From IMG/VR virus record IMGVR_UViG_2799112477_000001: DNA of 64,000 bases; one strand, written 5' to 3'. The position numbers were made by a program, and so were the translations under genes. Source of the stretch: an uncultured virus (IMG/VR IMGVR_UViG_2799112477_000001) (lineage: Duplodnaviria > Heunggongvirae > Uroviricota > Caudoviricetes). The stretch's first letter is position 1, and each line of letters starts with the position of its first letter. Positions 18,441 through 27,919 of the stretch are shown piece after piece. The notes under the pieces were generated by a model, which was not told the origin of the DNA, did not search any database, and was given only the letters and a program-made list of their open reading frames with translations.

Positions 18441-20975
18441 CTATGAGTAGTTTTCCATACCGGCACGAGCCTGTTTTTCAAGTTCCTCGCGCTGAGTCGT
18501 GAACAGCATGTGCTCAGACGGGGAGGCTTTGACCTTGATAGGAATATGACTTGCTCCTGCGCAGAAAAGGGCTTCGCCCTTATCCTGGCTCGGGATGGTC
18601 ATCATTTCCTCTCTTGTAAGTCCCAGTTTGGCGGAAATATTATCGAGGTCGGTCTTTTCCATTCCGAGGATCAGCTTTGAGTGAGAGCAGGAGAGGATGG
18701 CATTGCCGTAATTGTCTCTTCCGTTGAAAAGGTCGACGATAGACTGTGTAGCGAAGATCGCTCCTCCGCCGAATCCTCTTATGACCTTGAAGATCTCCTG
18801 AACGAACTCTCCTACCTGACGGTTGTTTCCGTCCAGAAGCTGCCATCCCTCGTCGATGGTTATCATCTTTTTCTTGGTTCTGTCCTGCCTGCATTTTGCC
18901 CATATGAATTCCAGTATGATGAACATTGTCGGTGCAAGCATATCGTTTTTGATATTTTCAAGGCCAAAGACTATATACTTGTTGCCGAGATTCACATTCG
19001 TATGACCGTTCATGTTCCTGCAGGCACCATTGATGAAACGGGACATGATTATCACGATCTCCTTGCGGATCTTTCCCTCATCGGATGCTGCCTTGATCCT
19101 GTCGTAGAAGTCGGAAATTATAGGCATCTTCTTGAGCGTGGTATGCTCAGCGTCTTCGTAGATGCTGTTGTTATCCTCGTTCATGCCGAAATCTTCGTAA
19201 AGATGCAGCAGGATCGTCTCAAGCTGCGTTTTTTCAGCAAGTGTAAGGTCAGGGATGAGATACGTCAGCCATATCTTGAGGTTGTCTATCTTGTCGATGA
19301 CCCATGATTTTTCTGAATATGAATTTCCTCCGAGAAATGCAGTGACAGGGGAGGACATAGGCCTTATCTCGAGAGGATTGATCCTCTGGTTCGATGTGGC
19401 TGCTATGTCGACAAACTCTCCGCCGACTGCGTCACATATCCTTCTGAACTCGTCCTGTTTGTCCGGTGCGAGAATAAAGTTCTGCACGCCGTGATATCTG
19501 AGCCTTGTCGTTATGGTCATGAGAGAGTAGGTCTTTCCGTGTCCTGATGCTCCGTAAATCGACATGTTTGCGTTCGCATATCTCGAGTCGAACGGGTCGT
19601 AGAGTACCATCGACGCATTCTCTCTGTGATATCCGACTGCGATGCCGTTTTTATCCGAAAGGGAAAATGCCGTGAACGGATATGCTGCGGCAACTGCGCT
19701 GGTAGTGAGGTTGCGTCTGCCCACGTTCAGGAGTTTCGGCCTTAGATTCATAGTGTATCCGGTCGAATAGAAGGCTTCTTCCTGATATCTTTTACACTCA
19801 AGAATGTCTACGTCGAGAGTTATGGCAGCCTTTTTCATCGCTTTCTTACGAAGATCCAGCTCTTCAAGAGTGTGTGCCCAGACGGTTATGAGGACTGTGA
19901 TATCGTAAACGGACTCTCTTCCTCCCTTAAGAGCCTGCTTCATCCACATCGCTCCGGAGTAGTTTTCAGCTATCTCTTCTGCGTTTTCCTGCTCGGCCTC
20001 TGTGTTCGTGAGCTTGTATTTCTGCCACTTGAGGGTGTTTTTTATGCTGCTTAGCTTCTGTGAAGAGTCATCTTTGATGAAATAGATGTCTATATCGTAA
20101 CCGTATCCGAAGTTTATGATCCCCGAAAGCCAGCCGCCCTGCGTCAGCATGTAGTTCGGCATCGTGTTTCCTCTAACGAAGAAGTGGCTCCTGTACATGC
20201 CGTCGATGACCATGTAGGAAGGGGACTCGTTAAAGTCTATCGACTTCGGCGCTATCAGATTCCTGATGTCGAACGGGATATCTGCATCAGGCAGCATCTC
20301 GAGCACCTTTGCGCGGTCGTCCCTTATCCTCAGAACTCTTTTGTTGTAAGGCTCAGTGTTCTTCGTGGCTCTGTTATAGTAGTTATACAGAAGTTCAGAC
20401 AGCTTTCCGTCTTCGTTCGAAGTAAAAAGAAAAACGTCGTTTCCGAGGCCTTTGAATCCGGAAGCGATCTCTTCTGCTTTTCGGTTTATTATATTTATGC
20501 CTTCTTCTTCAGTTTGGATGCCTTTTACTTCCTCGCCCTGGAGCTGGAAGATGAAGTAGTAGTGCTTACGATATGTATCTAGTCCTCCTTCGTTCTGGAG
20601 ATACTGTATATACTGCGAAATAAGTGATTTGCAGGAGTCATCCTTTTCTTCCTGATAAGCGGCCCGTGCCATAGCTACGTATTCATCGATATTTGAGAAG
20701 GTCGTGATGACTTTGATGTGGAAATCAGCATAGATCGTTTTGATGAGAGCCGCGTATTTTCTTATGGTCGAATCCTGCTCTTCATCAGACATGATGTTGA
20801 AGTTGATGGCCACGATCTCCATTATCTTGATGAATTTCCGGTTTCTGCCGTTCTCATCTTCGGTAATGACGACGCCGTCCTTTATTCTGCTCTCCTGAAT
20901 GAAGTCCTGTGTCCACTCCGGGACTCTTGTGCTGTTAAATGACAGTCCGAGATCCCTCCCGAGATTTATATCCAT
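18441..20975 (-). CDS. virB4: VirB4-family T4SS ATPase
   Basis: GASGHGKT, INPLE, IDEGW..RGFGG..ATQS; ATG 20975 with AAAGGAG RBS. Confidence 0.92.
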   Translation of the reverse strand: MDINLGRDLGLSFNSTRVPEWTQDFIQESRIKDGVVITEDENGRNRKFIKIMEIVAINFNIMSDEEQDSTIRKYAALIKTIYADFHIKVITTFSNIDEYVAMARAAYQEEKDDSCKSLISQYIQYLQNEGGLDTYRKHYYFIFQLQGEEVKGIQTEEEGINIINRKAEEIASGFKGLGNDVFLFTSNEDGKLSELLYNYYNRATKNTEPYNKRVLRIRDDRAKVLEMLPDADIPFDIRNLIAPKSIDFNESPSYMVIDGMYRSHFFVRGNTMPNYMLTQGGWLSGIINFGYGYDIDIYFIKDDSSQKLSSIKNTLKWQKYKLTNTEAEQENAEEIAENYSGAMWMKQALKGGRESVYDITVLITVWAHTLEELDLRKKAMKKAAITLDVDILECKRYQEEAFYSTGYTMNLRPKLLNVGRRNLTTSAVAAAYPFTAFSLSDKNGIAVGYHRENASMVLYDPFDSRYANANMSIYGASGHGKTYSLMTITTRLRYHGVQNFILAPDKQDEFRRICDAVGGEFVDIAATSNQRINPLEIRPMSSPVTAFLGGNSYSEKSWVIDKIDNLKIWLTYLIPDLTLAEKTQLETILLHLYEDFGMNEDNNSIYEDAEHTTLKKMPIISDFYDRIKAASDEGKIRKEIVIIMSRFINGACRNMNGHTNVNLGNKYIVFGLENIKNDMLAPTMFIILEFIWAKCRQDRTKKKMITIDEGWQLLDGNNRQVGEFVQEIFKVIRGFGGGAIFATQSIVDLFNGRDNYGNAILSCSHSKLILGMEKTDLDNISAKLGLTREEMMTIPSQDKGEALFCAGASHIPIKVKASPSEHMLFTTQREELEKQARAGMENYS

Positions 20976-21183
20976 TAAAAATCTCCTTTCGCTTCGATGT
21001 ATTTTGCCCGCCTGTTTCATACCTTTCTTTTCACGGTACGAAAAAAGGGCAGGGGAGTATCCCTTGCCCGAATCAGTCTAGGTTCATGTTAACATGATAG
21101 CACTGCTTGACACGAATGTCCGTATCACTTAGTGTCGTTTTTGATGCATTTTGCCGTTTTTTTGGATGAAAATCGCCGGTTTT

Positions 21184-21771
21184 TTATTTTTGTTTTTTCC
21201 CAAGTTGCCAGATTATGTCTACCAGATGTGAAATTTCCTTCTGTGCATTGCCGTCCTCGTCGAAGTTCGCCATGCTGCACATATACTCATAGAGGCTGTA
21301 TGCCGCCTGCTCGAAAAAGTAGTTGCAGTTGTTGAATGTGAAGTATTGCTTCAGCATTTTGCCGAACAGTTCAGCCCTGTCTTTGGGTTTGATGCCTTCA
21401 AAGAATGATCGTGCAGCCAGTTGATCAGGATCATTATTTTCCAGATCGAAGACGATGATCCGTCTTTTGGCTTCACTTATTGGATCGGCTTTGGCATCGC
21501 TGTGTAGTTCAGGGTGGCGGACAGCATAGCTAATGTCCTCTTTATACTCAATTCTGAATATATCAGTAAAGACCTCACACAGCTTTTTTGTGTAGAAAAG
21601 ATCCATAGCTTCAGCCGGCATGGTTTCATCGTAACTCAGGTAAGATTTCGTGAGCATATCGGCAGCATTTTGAAAACCAAGTCTTTTAGGGAGTCTGATC
21701 GACATGGCGACTATTTTTTCTTGTTGATTCGCGGTATCCCTGATCGGGAGCTCAAGATTTATTGGTTGCAT
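21184..21771 (-). CDS. Hypothetical protein divergent from rep (possible ribbon-helix-helix-like DNA binder)
   Basis: 195-aa ORF with GAGG RBS; segment KRRIIVFDL..PKDRAELFGKMLKQYF is reminiscent of ParR/StbB-type proteins (weak). Confidence 0.5.
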   Translation of the reverse strand: MQPINLELPIRDTANQQEKIVAMSIRLPKRLGFQNAADMLTKSYLSYDETMPAEAMDLFYTKKLCEVFTDIFRIEYKEDISYAVRHPELHSDAKADPISEAKRRIIVFDLENNDPDQLAARSFFEGIKPKDRAELFGKMLKQYFTFNNCNYFFEQAAYSLYEYMCSMANFDEDGNAQKEISHLVDIIWQLGKKQK

Positions 21772-22092
21772 TTCCTACCTCGCTTCACTGCTTTGTGCGG
21801 CTTTTAGTCCGCTTAGTTTATTCGTTACTCACGCTTTATAAGATATTACCATTTTTTTACACTATTCGATATGTTTTTTACACTATATTGCAAGTAAATA
21901 ACATAAAACTGTAATGTGTTGTAGCTATATGATAATATCTAACAGGCTTTTGATGCTATAGAAAATTGTTCTTTTTGAAATAAAAGTCAATGAGTAAACC
22001 GCTGGGTTTTTATATTAAGTTTATTTTTCAATTTATTTTTTAATTTATTTATCGGAGCAGCCAAGCCCAGTGATATCAACGGGTTCACGAAA

Positions 22093-22607
22093 TCAATCGT
22101 GACATTTTGGGGTCAATCGTGACATTTTGGGGAGTAAACGAGACAAATTGGGAATTTAATCGTGACATTTTGGGGAAGGGCGAAATTTCAATCGGGACGT
22201 TTTGGGGCGCATAGCACTTCGATCCATGAAAATGCATTTAAAACCCCTGCGAAAGGCTGATAATTCAAGGATTTTGGGCAGAAACGGCGATATGGGGCCA
22301 TATAATAGATCGATATGAGGTAAAAAGTCCCGTTATTTCAAGGCTTTTGTTAACGGATAAAATGAATGTGTACAGTTCAATCGTGACATTTTGGGGCGGT
22401 TTTTATTTCAATCGTGACATTTTGGGCAAGAGCGATATTTCAATCGTGACATTTTGGGGAACGTTGAAATTTCAACGTTTGCAGTCTCTTTGAGGCTCGT
22501 GAAAAGCAGATTTTGCATCTCCAATCGTGACATTTTGGGGAAGTCTTATATTTTCAATCGTGACATTTTGGGGACGATAGCGATAGTTCAATCGTGACAT
22601 TTTGGGG
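22093..22607 (+). repeat. Iterons, consensus TCAATCGTGACATTTTGGGG (20 bp)
   Basis: Copies start at 22093, 22113, 22156, 22188 (degenerate), 22377, 22408, 22440, 22521, 22554 and 22588; many are spaced 31-34 bp apart. Confidence 0.92.
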
Positions 22608-22650
22608 AAGAGGGTGTTCGCAGTAAAACCACAAAATAAGGTGCGCCCAC

Positions 22651-22699
22651 CTCAATCGTGACGCAATTTATTGACATGTCACGATTGAGCCCTTATAAT
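22651..22699 (+). promoter_or_regulatory. rep promoter overlapped by an inverted-iteron operator
   Basis: TTGACA (22671-76), 17 bp, TATAAT (22694-99); inverted repeat CTCAATCGTGAC..GTCACGATTGAG brackets the -35. Confidence 0.88.
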
Positions 22700-22742
22700 C
22701 AAGCTGCAACTATGGCAACGAAGTATAGAGGTGCTTTCAATA

Positions 22743-23999
22743 ATGGCTAACGAAATTGTAAGATATCATAACGACTTTGCTTCAGTCAGCCTCGTCAGCT
22801 TTTCTGCGGTTGAGCAGAACATGTTTGCGGCAGTACTGTATGAATGTCGGGGAAAGGGTTCACAGAAGCACTATCTGTCTCTTGAATATCTGAGAGAGCT
22901 TTCAGGATTTTCGGCAAAGGATAACGCGAGATTTATGTCTTGTGTCAAAGAATTTGCAAAGAAGATGCACACTCTTTTCTATATGGAAGATAAAGAGGAC
23001 GGCGGGTTCAAAAGTTTTGTGTTGTTTCCCCGGTTTGAGACAGTGGATCTGGACACGGATGATCCTAAACTGGAAATAAGGGTGGATGAGGATTACGCTT
23101 ATATAATCAACACTGATCCGGAGTTTCTCCCCGAAGGGACACTGAAGCTTTTGAGTGCTGGTTATACCACGTTCGAGCTGGCTCAGCATAATGCTCTGAA
23201 ATCAGGCTACAGCAAGAATGCATTCAGACAGCTCAAACGGTTCAAAAAGACAGGCTGGTGGGAGGTATCCATTGAGGATTTCAGGCGGCTTTTAGATGTA
23301 CCTGAAAAGTACAGGATGTCTGAGCTAAGAAAGCGCGTGCTTGTACCTATCAAAGAGGAGCTTTCAGATCTGTTCGAAGGGCTTACTATCACCGAAAAAA
23401 AGGGAGGGCCGTCAGGTAGGAAGGTTCTTGGTTTGAGATTTGATTTCAAGCCGCAGCTGGAAAAAGGGATCTGGCACGATGATGATATCTACGGAGAGCT
23501 GCGTGAAGAATACAACTGTCCTGTATGCGGAGAACCTTTGTATGCAATAGTCAAGAATACAGGTGACGTGTTCTACGGTCATAAAGGAGGGTGGAATACG
23601 TCGGCTCCTTGCAGACAAACATTTGGAAGTCTCAGAGAGATACTCAGACAGAAGGGCAGCCCAATAATTAAAGAAGCTGAAAAGCATCCATATATTGAAA
23701 GGGATAAGCCTAAAATAGAAAAAACGGGATTCAGCTGCAGAGCGTGCGGAAAGCCTCTGTTCAAACTTTACAACGATAAGGGGGAAATGTTCTACGGACA
23801 TATAGACGGATGGAAGAAAGATGCTGTCTGCAGAGAGACCTACAGCAGCGTTGCTGAGATAAGAGGGTACAGCGAGACACCGACGCGATCCGATCATGCA
23901 GATTATGATTTGACCGAAGGAGATCCTAATACAGCAAAGGATATATACGGGATATTCGAAACGATAACCAACGATATCATGGACAAGGAGCAGGAATGA
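22743..23999 (+). CDS. Rep_3-family plasmid replication initiator with duplicated C-terminal Zn-ribbon-like domain
   Basis: EIVRYHNDF..YTTFEL..LKSGYSK..LKRFKKTGWWEVSIEDFRRLLDVPEKY..RVLVPIKEEL; adjacent iterons. Confidence 0.9.
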   Translation: MANEIVRYHNDFASVSLVSFSAVEQNMFAAVLYECRGKGSQKHYLSLEYLRELSGFSAKDNARFMSCVKEFAKKMHTLFYMEDKEDGGFKSFVLFPRFETVDLDTDDPKLEIRVDEDYAYIINTDPEFLPEGTLKLLSAGYTTFELAQHNALKSGYSKNAFRQLKRFKKTGWWEVSIEDFRRLLDVPEKYRMSELRKRVLVPIKEELSDLFEGLTITEKKGGPSGRKVLGLRFDFKPQLEKGIWHDDDIYGELREEYNCPVCGEPLYAIVKNTGDVFYGHKGGWNTSAPCRQTFGSLREILRQKGSPIIKEAEKHPYIERDKPKIEKTGFSCRACGKPLFKLYNDKGEMFYGHIDGWKKDAVCRETYSSVAEIRGYSETPTRSDHADYDLTEGDPNTAKDIYGIFETITNDIMDKEQE

Positions 24000-24271
24000 T
24001 TCTGAAAGGAAGAAGAGATTTCGGAGATGGGTGCTATACAGCCATCTATGAAGATGATAAGTACAAGTATACGCTGAAAGTAAGCGACGGAATCAGGGTG
24101 GTATCTGCTGAACCGTTTGACCCCTGCAGGCCGGTAATAACCATCACGGACAAGGAGCCTGCACGACTTGAGTTCTTCGGCGGCGTTCTGATGGAAGAGA
24201 TGCTTGGGTCATATATGGCGGCGCTGAGCGAGGTACCTGATATCACCGAACAGATGAGAAAACTTGTGTGA
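23996..24271 (+). CDS. Small hypothetical protein coupled to rep
   Basis: ATGA overlap with the rep stop codon; AAGGAG RBS. Confidence 0.6.
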   Translation: MILKGRRDFGDGCYTAIYEDDKYKYTLKVSDGIRVVSAEPFDPCRPVITITDKEPARLEFFGGVLMEEMLGSYMAALSEVPDITEQMRKLV

Positions 24272-24313
24272 AAAAATAACTCCCCTGACAAAAGTCAGGG
24301 GAGCATTTTTTTA
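24272..24313. terminator. Bidirectional intrinsic terminator
   Basis: CTCCCCTGAC-AAAA-GTCAGGGGAG with flanking A and T tracts between convergent genes. Confidence 0.8.
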
Positions 24314-24314
24314 T

Positions 24315-24776
24315 TTAGGCTTTTGCCTTCAGAGAGAATCTTCCTTCGGCCATTACGGCGATAGTGTCATCGATGCCGGTGGTTACCTGATCATAGACAA
24401 CATCCATCACTATCCTGGCACAGAAGTTAGCTGCTTCTCTGCGCGACGCCGGATTCTCACCATCTATGAGGTGAGGGTGTAGCGGCTCGCAGTGTAGGGA
24501 AAGCGCAAGTCTGTACAGAAGATTCATGCTCGCAATGGCTGCGTTATGGCAGCTTTTTCTATTGCTGTCGAGCTTTACTGTATAGTCTCTGAGCGCGTCG
24601 CCATCAAGTCTGAAGCGCTGGATAGGAAGGAGGACTTCCATCGCGTAAATCGAGTTTACGTAATTTGAAAAGTCCATCATTCCGCTTTCAACTGCATTCA
24701 GATCAGTTTCTCTGAAAGCTTCGTCCTCGGCTCCGATCGCAGTGACCAGAGCCAGATACTTATTCTTTAGTTCCAT
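24315..24776 (-). CDS. DUF3232-like helical protein
   Basis: LDSNRKSCHNAAIASMNLLYRLA..RREAANF pattern recalled for this clostridial family. Confidence 0.55.
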   Translation of the reverse strand: MELKNKYLALVTAIGAEDEAFRETDLNAVESGMMDFSNYVNSIYAMEVLLPIQRFRLDGDALRDYTVKLDSNRKSCHNAAIASMNLLYRLALSLHCEPLHPHLIDGENPASRREAANFCARIVMDVVYDQVTTGIDDTIAVMAEGRFSLKAKA

Positions 24777-24805
24777 TTGTGTTGTTTCCTCCTTCTAATT
24801 CTTGA

Positions 24806-25291
24806 TTAATGTTTTGATGATGAAAGAATGGTTTTTACGATCATAACCGGATTCATCTGAGGATTAATGCAGTGAGCATGCTTTGCCCGTTCCTTCTGCA
24901 TATCCTTTTCATCCCGGGAAACCTTCACGTATGCGCCCGGCCAGTTTCTCGTATTTACTCCGTAATCGTCTACGAGAATGTCGCTTTCTCCGCAGTTCAC
25001 ATAATCTGCCTTGTTCATTCCGCAAGGGACGAAGATGATGTGGTCCTGAGAAACGAACGGAGCGTAAACCTTAAGCCACCGAAGTTTTTCCTTCTTTGCT
25101 GTCGGATGGTCCTCGAGCACGGAGGTCAGAACATAAACATCCGTATCTGGCATTTCAGAAAGACTCTTCATTGCCTTCAGGATGTTCCTGTGCGGACGGA
25201 GAAAAAGAAAGTATCCCCATATGTACAGGACAAAGAGGGGAACATAACGGAATTCAGCAAGGACCCCGTCCTGATCAAAGTAGATTTTCAT
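24806..25291 (-). CDS. HAD-superfamily 5'(3')-deoxyribonucleotidase-like protein
   Basis: IYFDQDGVLAEF (DxD), EKLRWL, ILVDDY..N..W. Confidence 0.75.
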   Translation of the reverse strand: MKIYFDQDGVLAEFRYVPLFVLYIWGYFLFLRPHRNILKAMKSLSEMPDTDVYVLTSVLEDHPTAKKEKLRWLKVYAPFVSQDHIIFVPCGMNKADYVNCGESDILVDDYGVNTRNWPGAYVKVSRDEKDMQKERAKHAHCINPQMNPVMIVKTILSSSKH

Positions 25292-25587
25292 TTCTGCTCC
25301 TCCTTTTCCGCGGCGGCGTGTGCCATTGCCTCTATCAGTTCGAGCGCAGCCATATCTGCTTTATTGAAATGGCTGTAGTACGAATATGCATTCTGGATAT
25401 GCTCTGCTATGAATGTCTTCTTTTCTTCAGCCGGTGAAATGAGCTCCGATGAGCGGATCGTCCTTATGAAAGAATCGATTTCCGATATGAGACACATTTC
25501 CTCCGGTGTCAGCCTTTCTCTTGTTAGGGCCGCGATCAGGTAAGGGGGTTTCAACATTGGTGTCATCCTCCTTCCTACTACGCACAC
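25288..25587 (-). CDS. Hypothetical protein (start uncertain)
   Basis: ORF fills the gap between operon genes and has an ATGA overlap at 25288-25291. Confidence 0.45.
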   Translation of the reverse strand: MCVVGRRMTPMLKPPYLIAALTRERLTPEEMCLISEIDSFIRTIRSSELISPAEEKKTFIAEHIQNAYSYYSHFNKADMAALELIEAMAHAAAEKEEQK

Positions 25588-26525
25588 ATTGTGAATGTGT
25601 CGGATCCTTTGTCAAAGTAGAAAACGTTGTACGAAAGAAGCTCGTGCGGTTCTACTACGCTTTCGTTGGCCTGTCTTACCAGTTCTTTAAGGTCCGCTGG
25701 TTCGATCATCTCCGAGTCCGGGACCAGTATGAACTCGTGCAGGCTTGACGGAAGGATATAGTAGCTGCAGCCGATAACATCTCCTGCCTTTTCCATGACG
25801 CCCGGATAGAACAGGGCAGCTGCGCCGTGTTCTCCGGTGCGGTTGCTCAGGATATACATCTGGCTGTGGCCATCAGTATCTGCTCCGACCGTCAGCAGGT
25901 TGGTGCTGCTTCCGTACAAAGCATCTTCCATGTCAACGAGCTTTGCTGAATCCAAACGTGATGCACTTTTAAGCGCCTGCCTGAACAGGGTGGCCTTGTC
26001 GACATCCAGACTGCTGAAAATAGAATCGTTTATAGTGACTGAGAGCGAGCCTATCTTCGGTTCTTCAATCTGGACAATCGCAATAAGCGCAAGTCCGTTT
26101 CCGACATCGAAGAATGGCTTGTCTTTAAGAAAGTCACCGTTTCGGCCGATCTCCAGAAGGCGAACTGAAAGGCTGTCTTTTACAGCATCCCAGTTAAAGG
26201 CGATTGCGTCATCTGCTATTCTTTGCATGTCTGCGCCGGATGCGTACTCCATAGCAGAGTCATACTGTGACAGGATCTCCATCGCCTGATAACGGACCGG
26301 TTCTCCCTGCAGATAATGCATCTCATATTCGCCGTTTATGTAGATCGTCGGAGCTGCCGTCTGGTCTGCAAGCTTGAAGGTGAGGCCTACAAGCTTCTGG
26401 TCATTGACCTTATCCACGCTCATAATGCGGATATCCAGATTGCTCTTCTGCTTCTCGGTCATAAGGGCAATAACTTCTTCTCTCATTTTTTCGGCATAAT
26501 CGCCTATATTCATCATTGTGTTCAT
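25578..26525 (-). CDS. DUF5688-like protein
   Basis: KVND..APTIY..MYILSN..GAAALFYP..YYILPSSLHEFILVP..LLSYNVFYFD. Confidence 0.75.
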   Translation of the reverse strand: MNTMMNIGDYAEKMREEVIALMTEKQKSNLDIRIMSVDKVNDQKLVGLTFKLADQTAAPTIYINGEYEMHYLQGEPVRYQAMEILSQYDSAMEYASGADMQRIADDAIAFNWDAVKDSLSVRLLEIGRNGDFLKDKPFFDVGNGLALIAIVQIEEPKIGSLSVTINDSIFSSLDVDKATLFRQALKSASRLDSAKLVDMEDALYGSSTNLLTVGADTDGHSQMYILSNRTGEHGAAALFYPGVMEKAGDVIGCSYYILPSSLHEFILVPDSEMIEPADLKELVRQANESVVEPHELLSYNVFYFDKGSDTFTMCA

Positions 26526-26601
26526 GTGTTGTCTCCTTTCTTAAAAAAGAGACGGGCATAAAAAAGCCCGTCTCATATAACATCAGATATTGATTTTCTT
26601 T

Positions 26602-27447
26602 CTAGTGAAGGTATTTGGTCACAGCTGCGAGCAGTACGGGAACTGATATCGCTCCGATAGGGGCGGACGGCAGATTCTGTACAGGCTCATCTTCTGATTT
26701 CTCTGTCATGGAGACAGGCTCAGACGGGATCTTTGCTGTGTCAATAACTTCATCTTCAGCCTTTTCTTCTTCAGCAGCGAGATATTCATATTCCGGTGTC
26801 ACGGTATCTTCTGCGTCATCGCAATATCCATCTTCACAGTCTTCCTCGCAGTCACAGTCGTCATAGAAAAGAATGACGCCTGCGAGCGTTGAGTTGTTCA
26901 TTCCTCCTGTGCTGATCAGCGCAAAACCGCATGAACCTTCCATGTACACGCCGCTCATGATGCAATCAACAAAGCCGGGAGTATCCTCGAACTTGATGTC
27001 GAGGTCCTTGAGGCTGACGTATTCGCTGCCTGTTTTGACCGCGCTGCCGATCCTGTCTTTAGCAGTAGCAATAGAATTCCGCTTTACGGCTGCCGGAGCA
27101 GGGGAGTATTCTATGACTTCCTCGTGTTCCGCTTCCGGTTCTACAGCAGGAGCTGAAGGTTCAGAAGGTGCAGGGACCTCATCCTGTTGAAGGTCCTGAT
27201 CTGACGGAGGCTCGCTGGAAGGTATGTCCTGCGTAGCAGGATCATCTTCCTCTGACGAGCCGTTATCAGCAGCATCTTCCTCCGGGAGAGTTTCTGCATT
27301 TTCGGCTTCAATATCTTCTGTTGTTTCCTCGCTGACTACGGTCACCTCTTCGCAGTCAGCTTCTTCAGTAATGATTTCATCTGCATATACGCCAACAGGC
27401 ATGAGTGCCAGAAGCAGGATAGCAGTGATCGTTAAGACTCTTTTCAT
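26602..27447 (-). CDS. Acidic secreted/membrane-anchored protein
   Basis: Signal peptide MKRVL..VYA, Glu/Asp/Pro-rich body, C-terminal hydrophobic tail; AGGAGG RBS. Confidence 0.6.
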   Translation of the reverse strand: MKRVLTITAILLLALMPVGVYADEIITEEADCEEVTVVSEETTEDIEAENAETLPEEDAADNGSSEEDDPATQDIPSSEPPSDQDLQQDEVPAPSEPSAPAVEPEAEHEEVIEYSPAPAAVKRNSIATAKDRIGSAVKTGSEYVSLKDLDIKFEDTPGFVDCIMSGVYMEGSCGFALISTGGMNNSTLAGVILFYDDCDCEEDCEDGYCDDAEDTVTPEYEYLAAEEEKAEDEVIDTAKIPSEPVSMTEKSEDEPVQNLPSAPIGAISVPVLLAAVTKYLH

Positions 27448-27458
27448 GCCGACACCTC

Positions 27459-27836
27459 CTACCACATCTTGCGAATGAACTGGTTGGTGATGTCAGTAAT
27501 CATGGCTGTTCCCGAATCTCCGGCTACGTGTATGTCATAGTAGCCGTTTCGGCCTGCGCCGTTGGCGAAAACAGGACGGACCTTTTCTTCGTCAGGCATA
27601 TACACCAGATCGACGAGCGGGTTGCCTTCGGCGGCGCCACCATTTTCGGTAAGGCGGATCGCGTCGCGCATTGCGCTGCAGATCATCTGCCTGTCGTCAA
27701 GGGTGAGGTCGTAGACATCTCTGTCCAGCAGTGCGCGGGCTGCAGCCTGCAGCGCTGCCGGTGCATCGTTCTGGCTTATGCCGTAGTCCATCAGGATTTG
27801 TTCGGCTTTGCCGAGTCTTGCTTTGATCGTGTTCAT
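27459..27836 (-). CDS. Hypothetical protein
   Basis: 125-aa ORF with the shared AAAGGAAACAACAC leader. Confidence 0.6.
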   Translation of the reverse strand: MNTIKARLGKAEQILMDYGISQNDAPAALQAAARALLDRDVYDLTLDDRQMICSAMRDAIRLTENGGAAEGNPLVDLVYMPDEEKVRPVFANGAGRNGYYDIHVAGDSGTAMITDITNQFIRKMW

Positions 27837-27919
27837 GTGTTGTTTCCTTTCCCCCGCTTTGCGGGAATAAAAATAGGACGGCCGATGGTCGTCCGGTTAA
27901 TATATGAAATGCTGATCTC

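Larger units (their letters stand above)
21830..22700. other. Plasmid origin of replication (AT-rich tract plus iterons)
   Basis: Very AT-rich 21830-22050 followed by iteron clusters directly upstream of a Rep_3 gene. Confidence 0.85.

Noticed and set aside
22093..22607. Direct-repeat cluster as a CRISPR array
   Set aside because: Repeats are 20 bp with 0-14-bp or irregular gaps, lie directly upstream of a Rep_3 gene and recur as an inverted operator; no cas genes. They are iterons.
22637..22648. TAAGGTGCGCCC resembling the MOBQ nic motif TAAGTGCGCCCT
   Set aside because: It has an extra G, lacks the adjacent inverted repeat, and no MOBQ relaxase is visible; too weak to call oriT.
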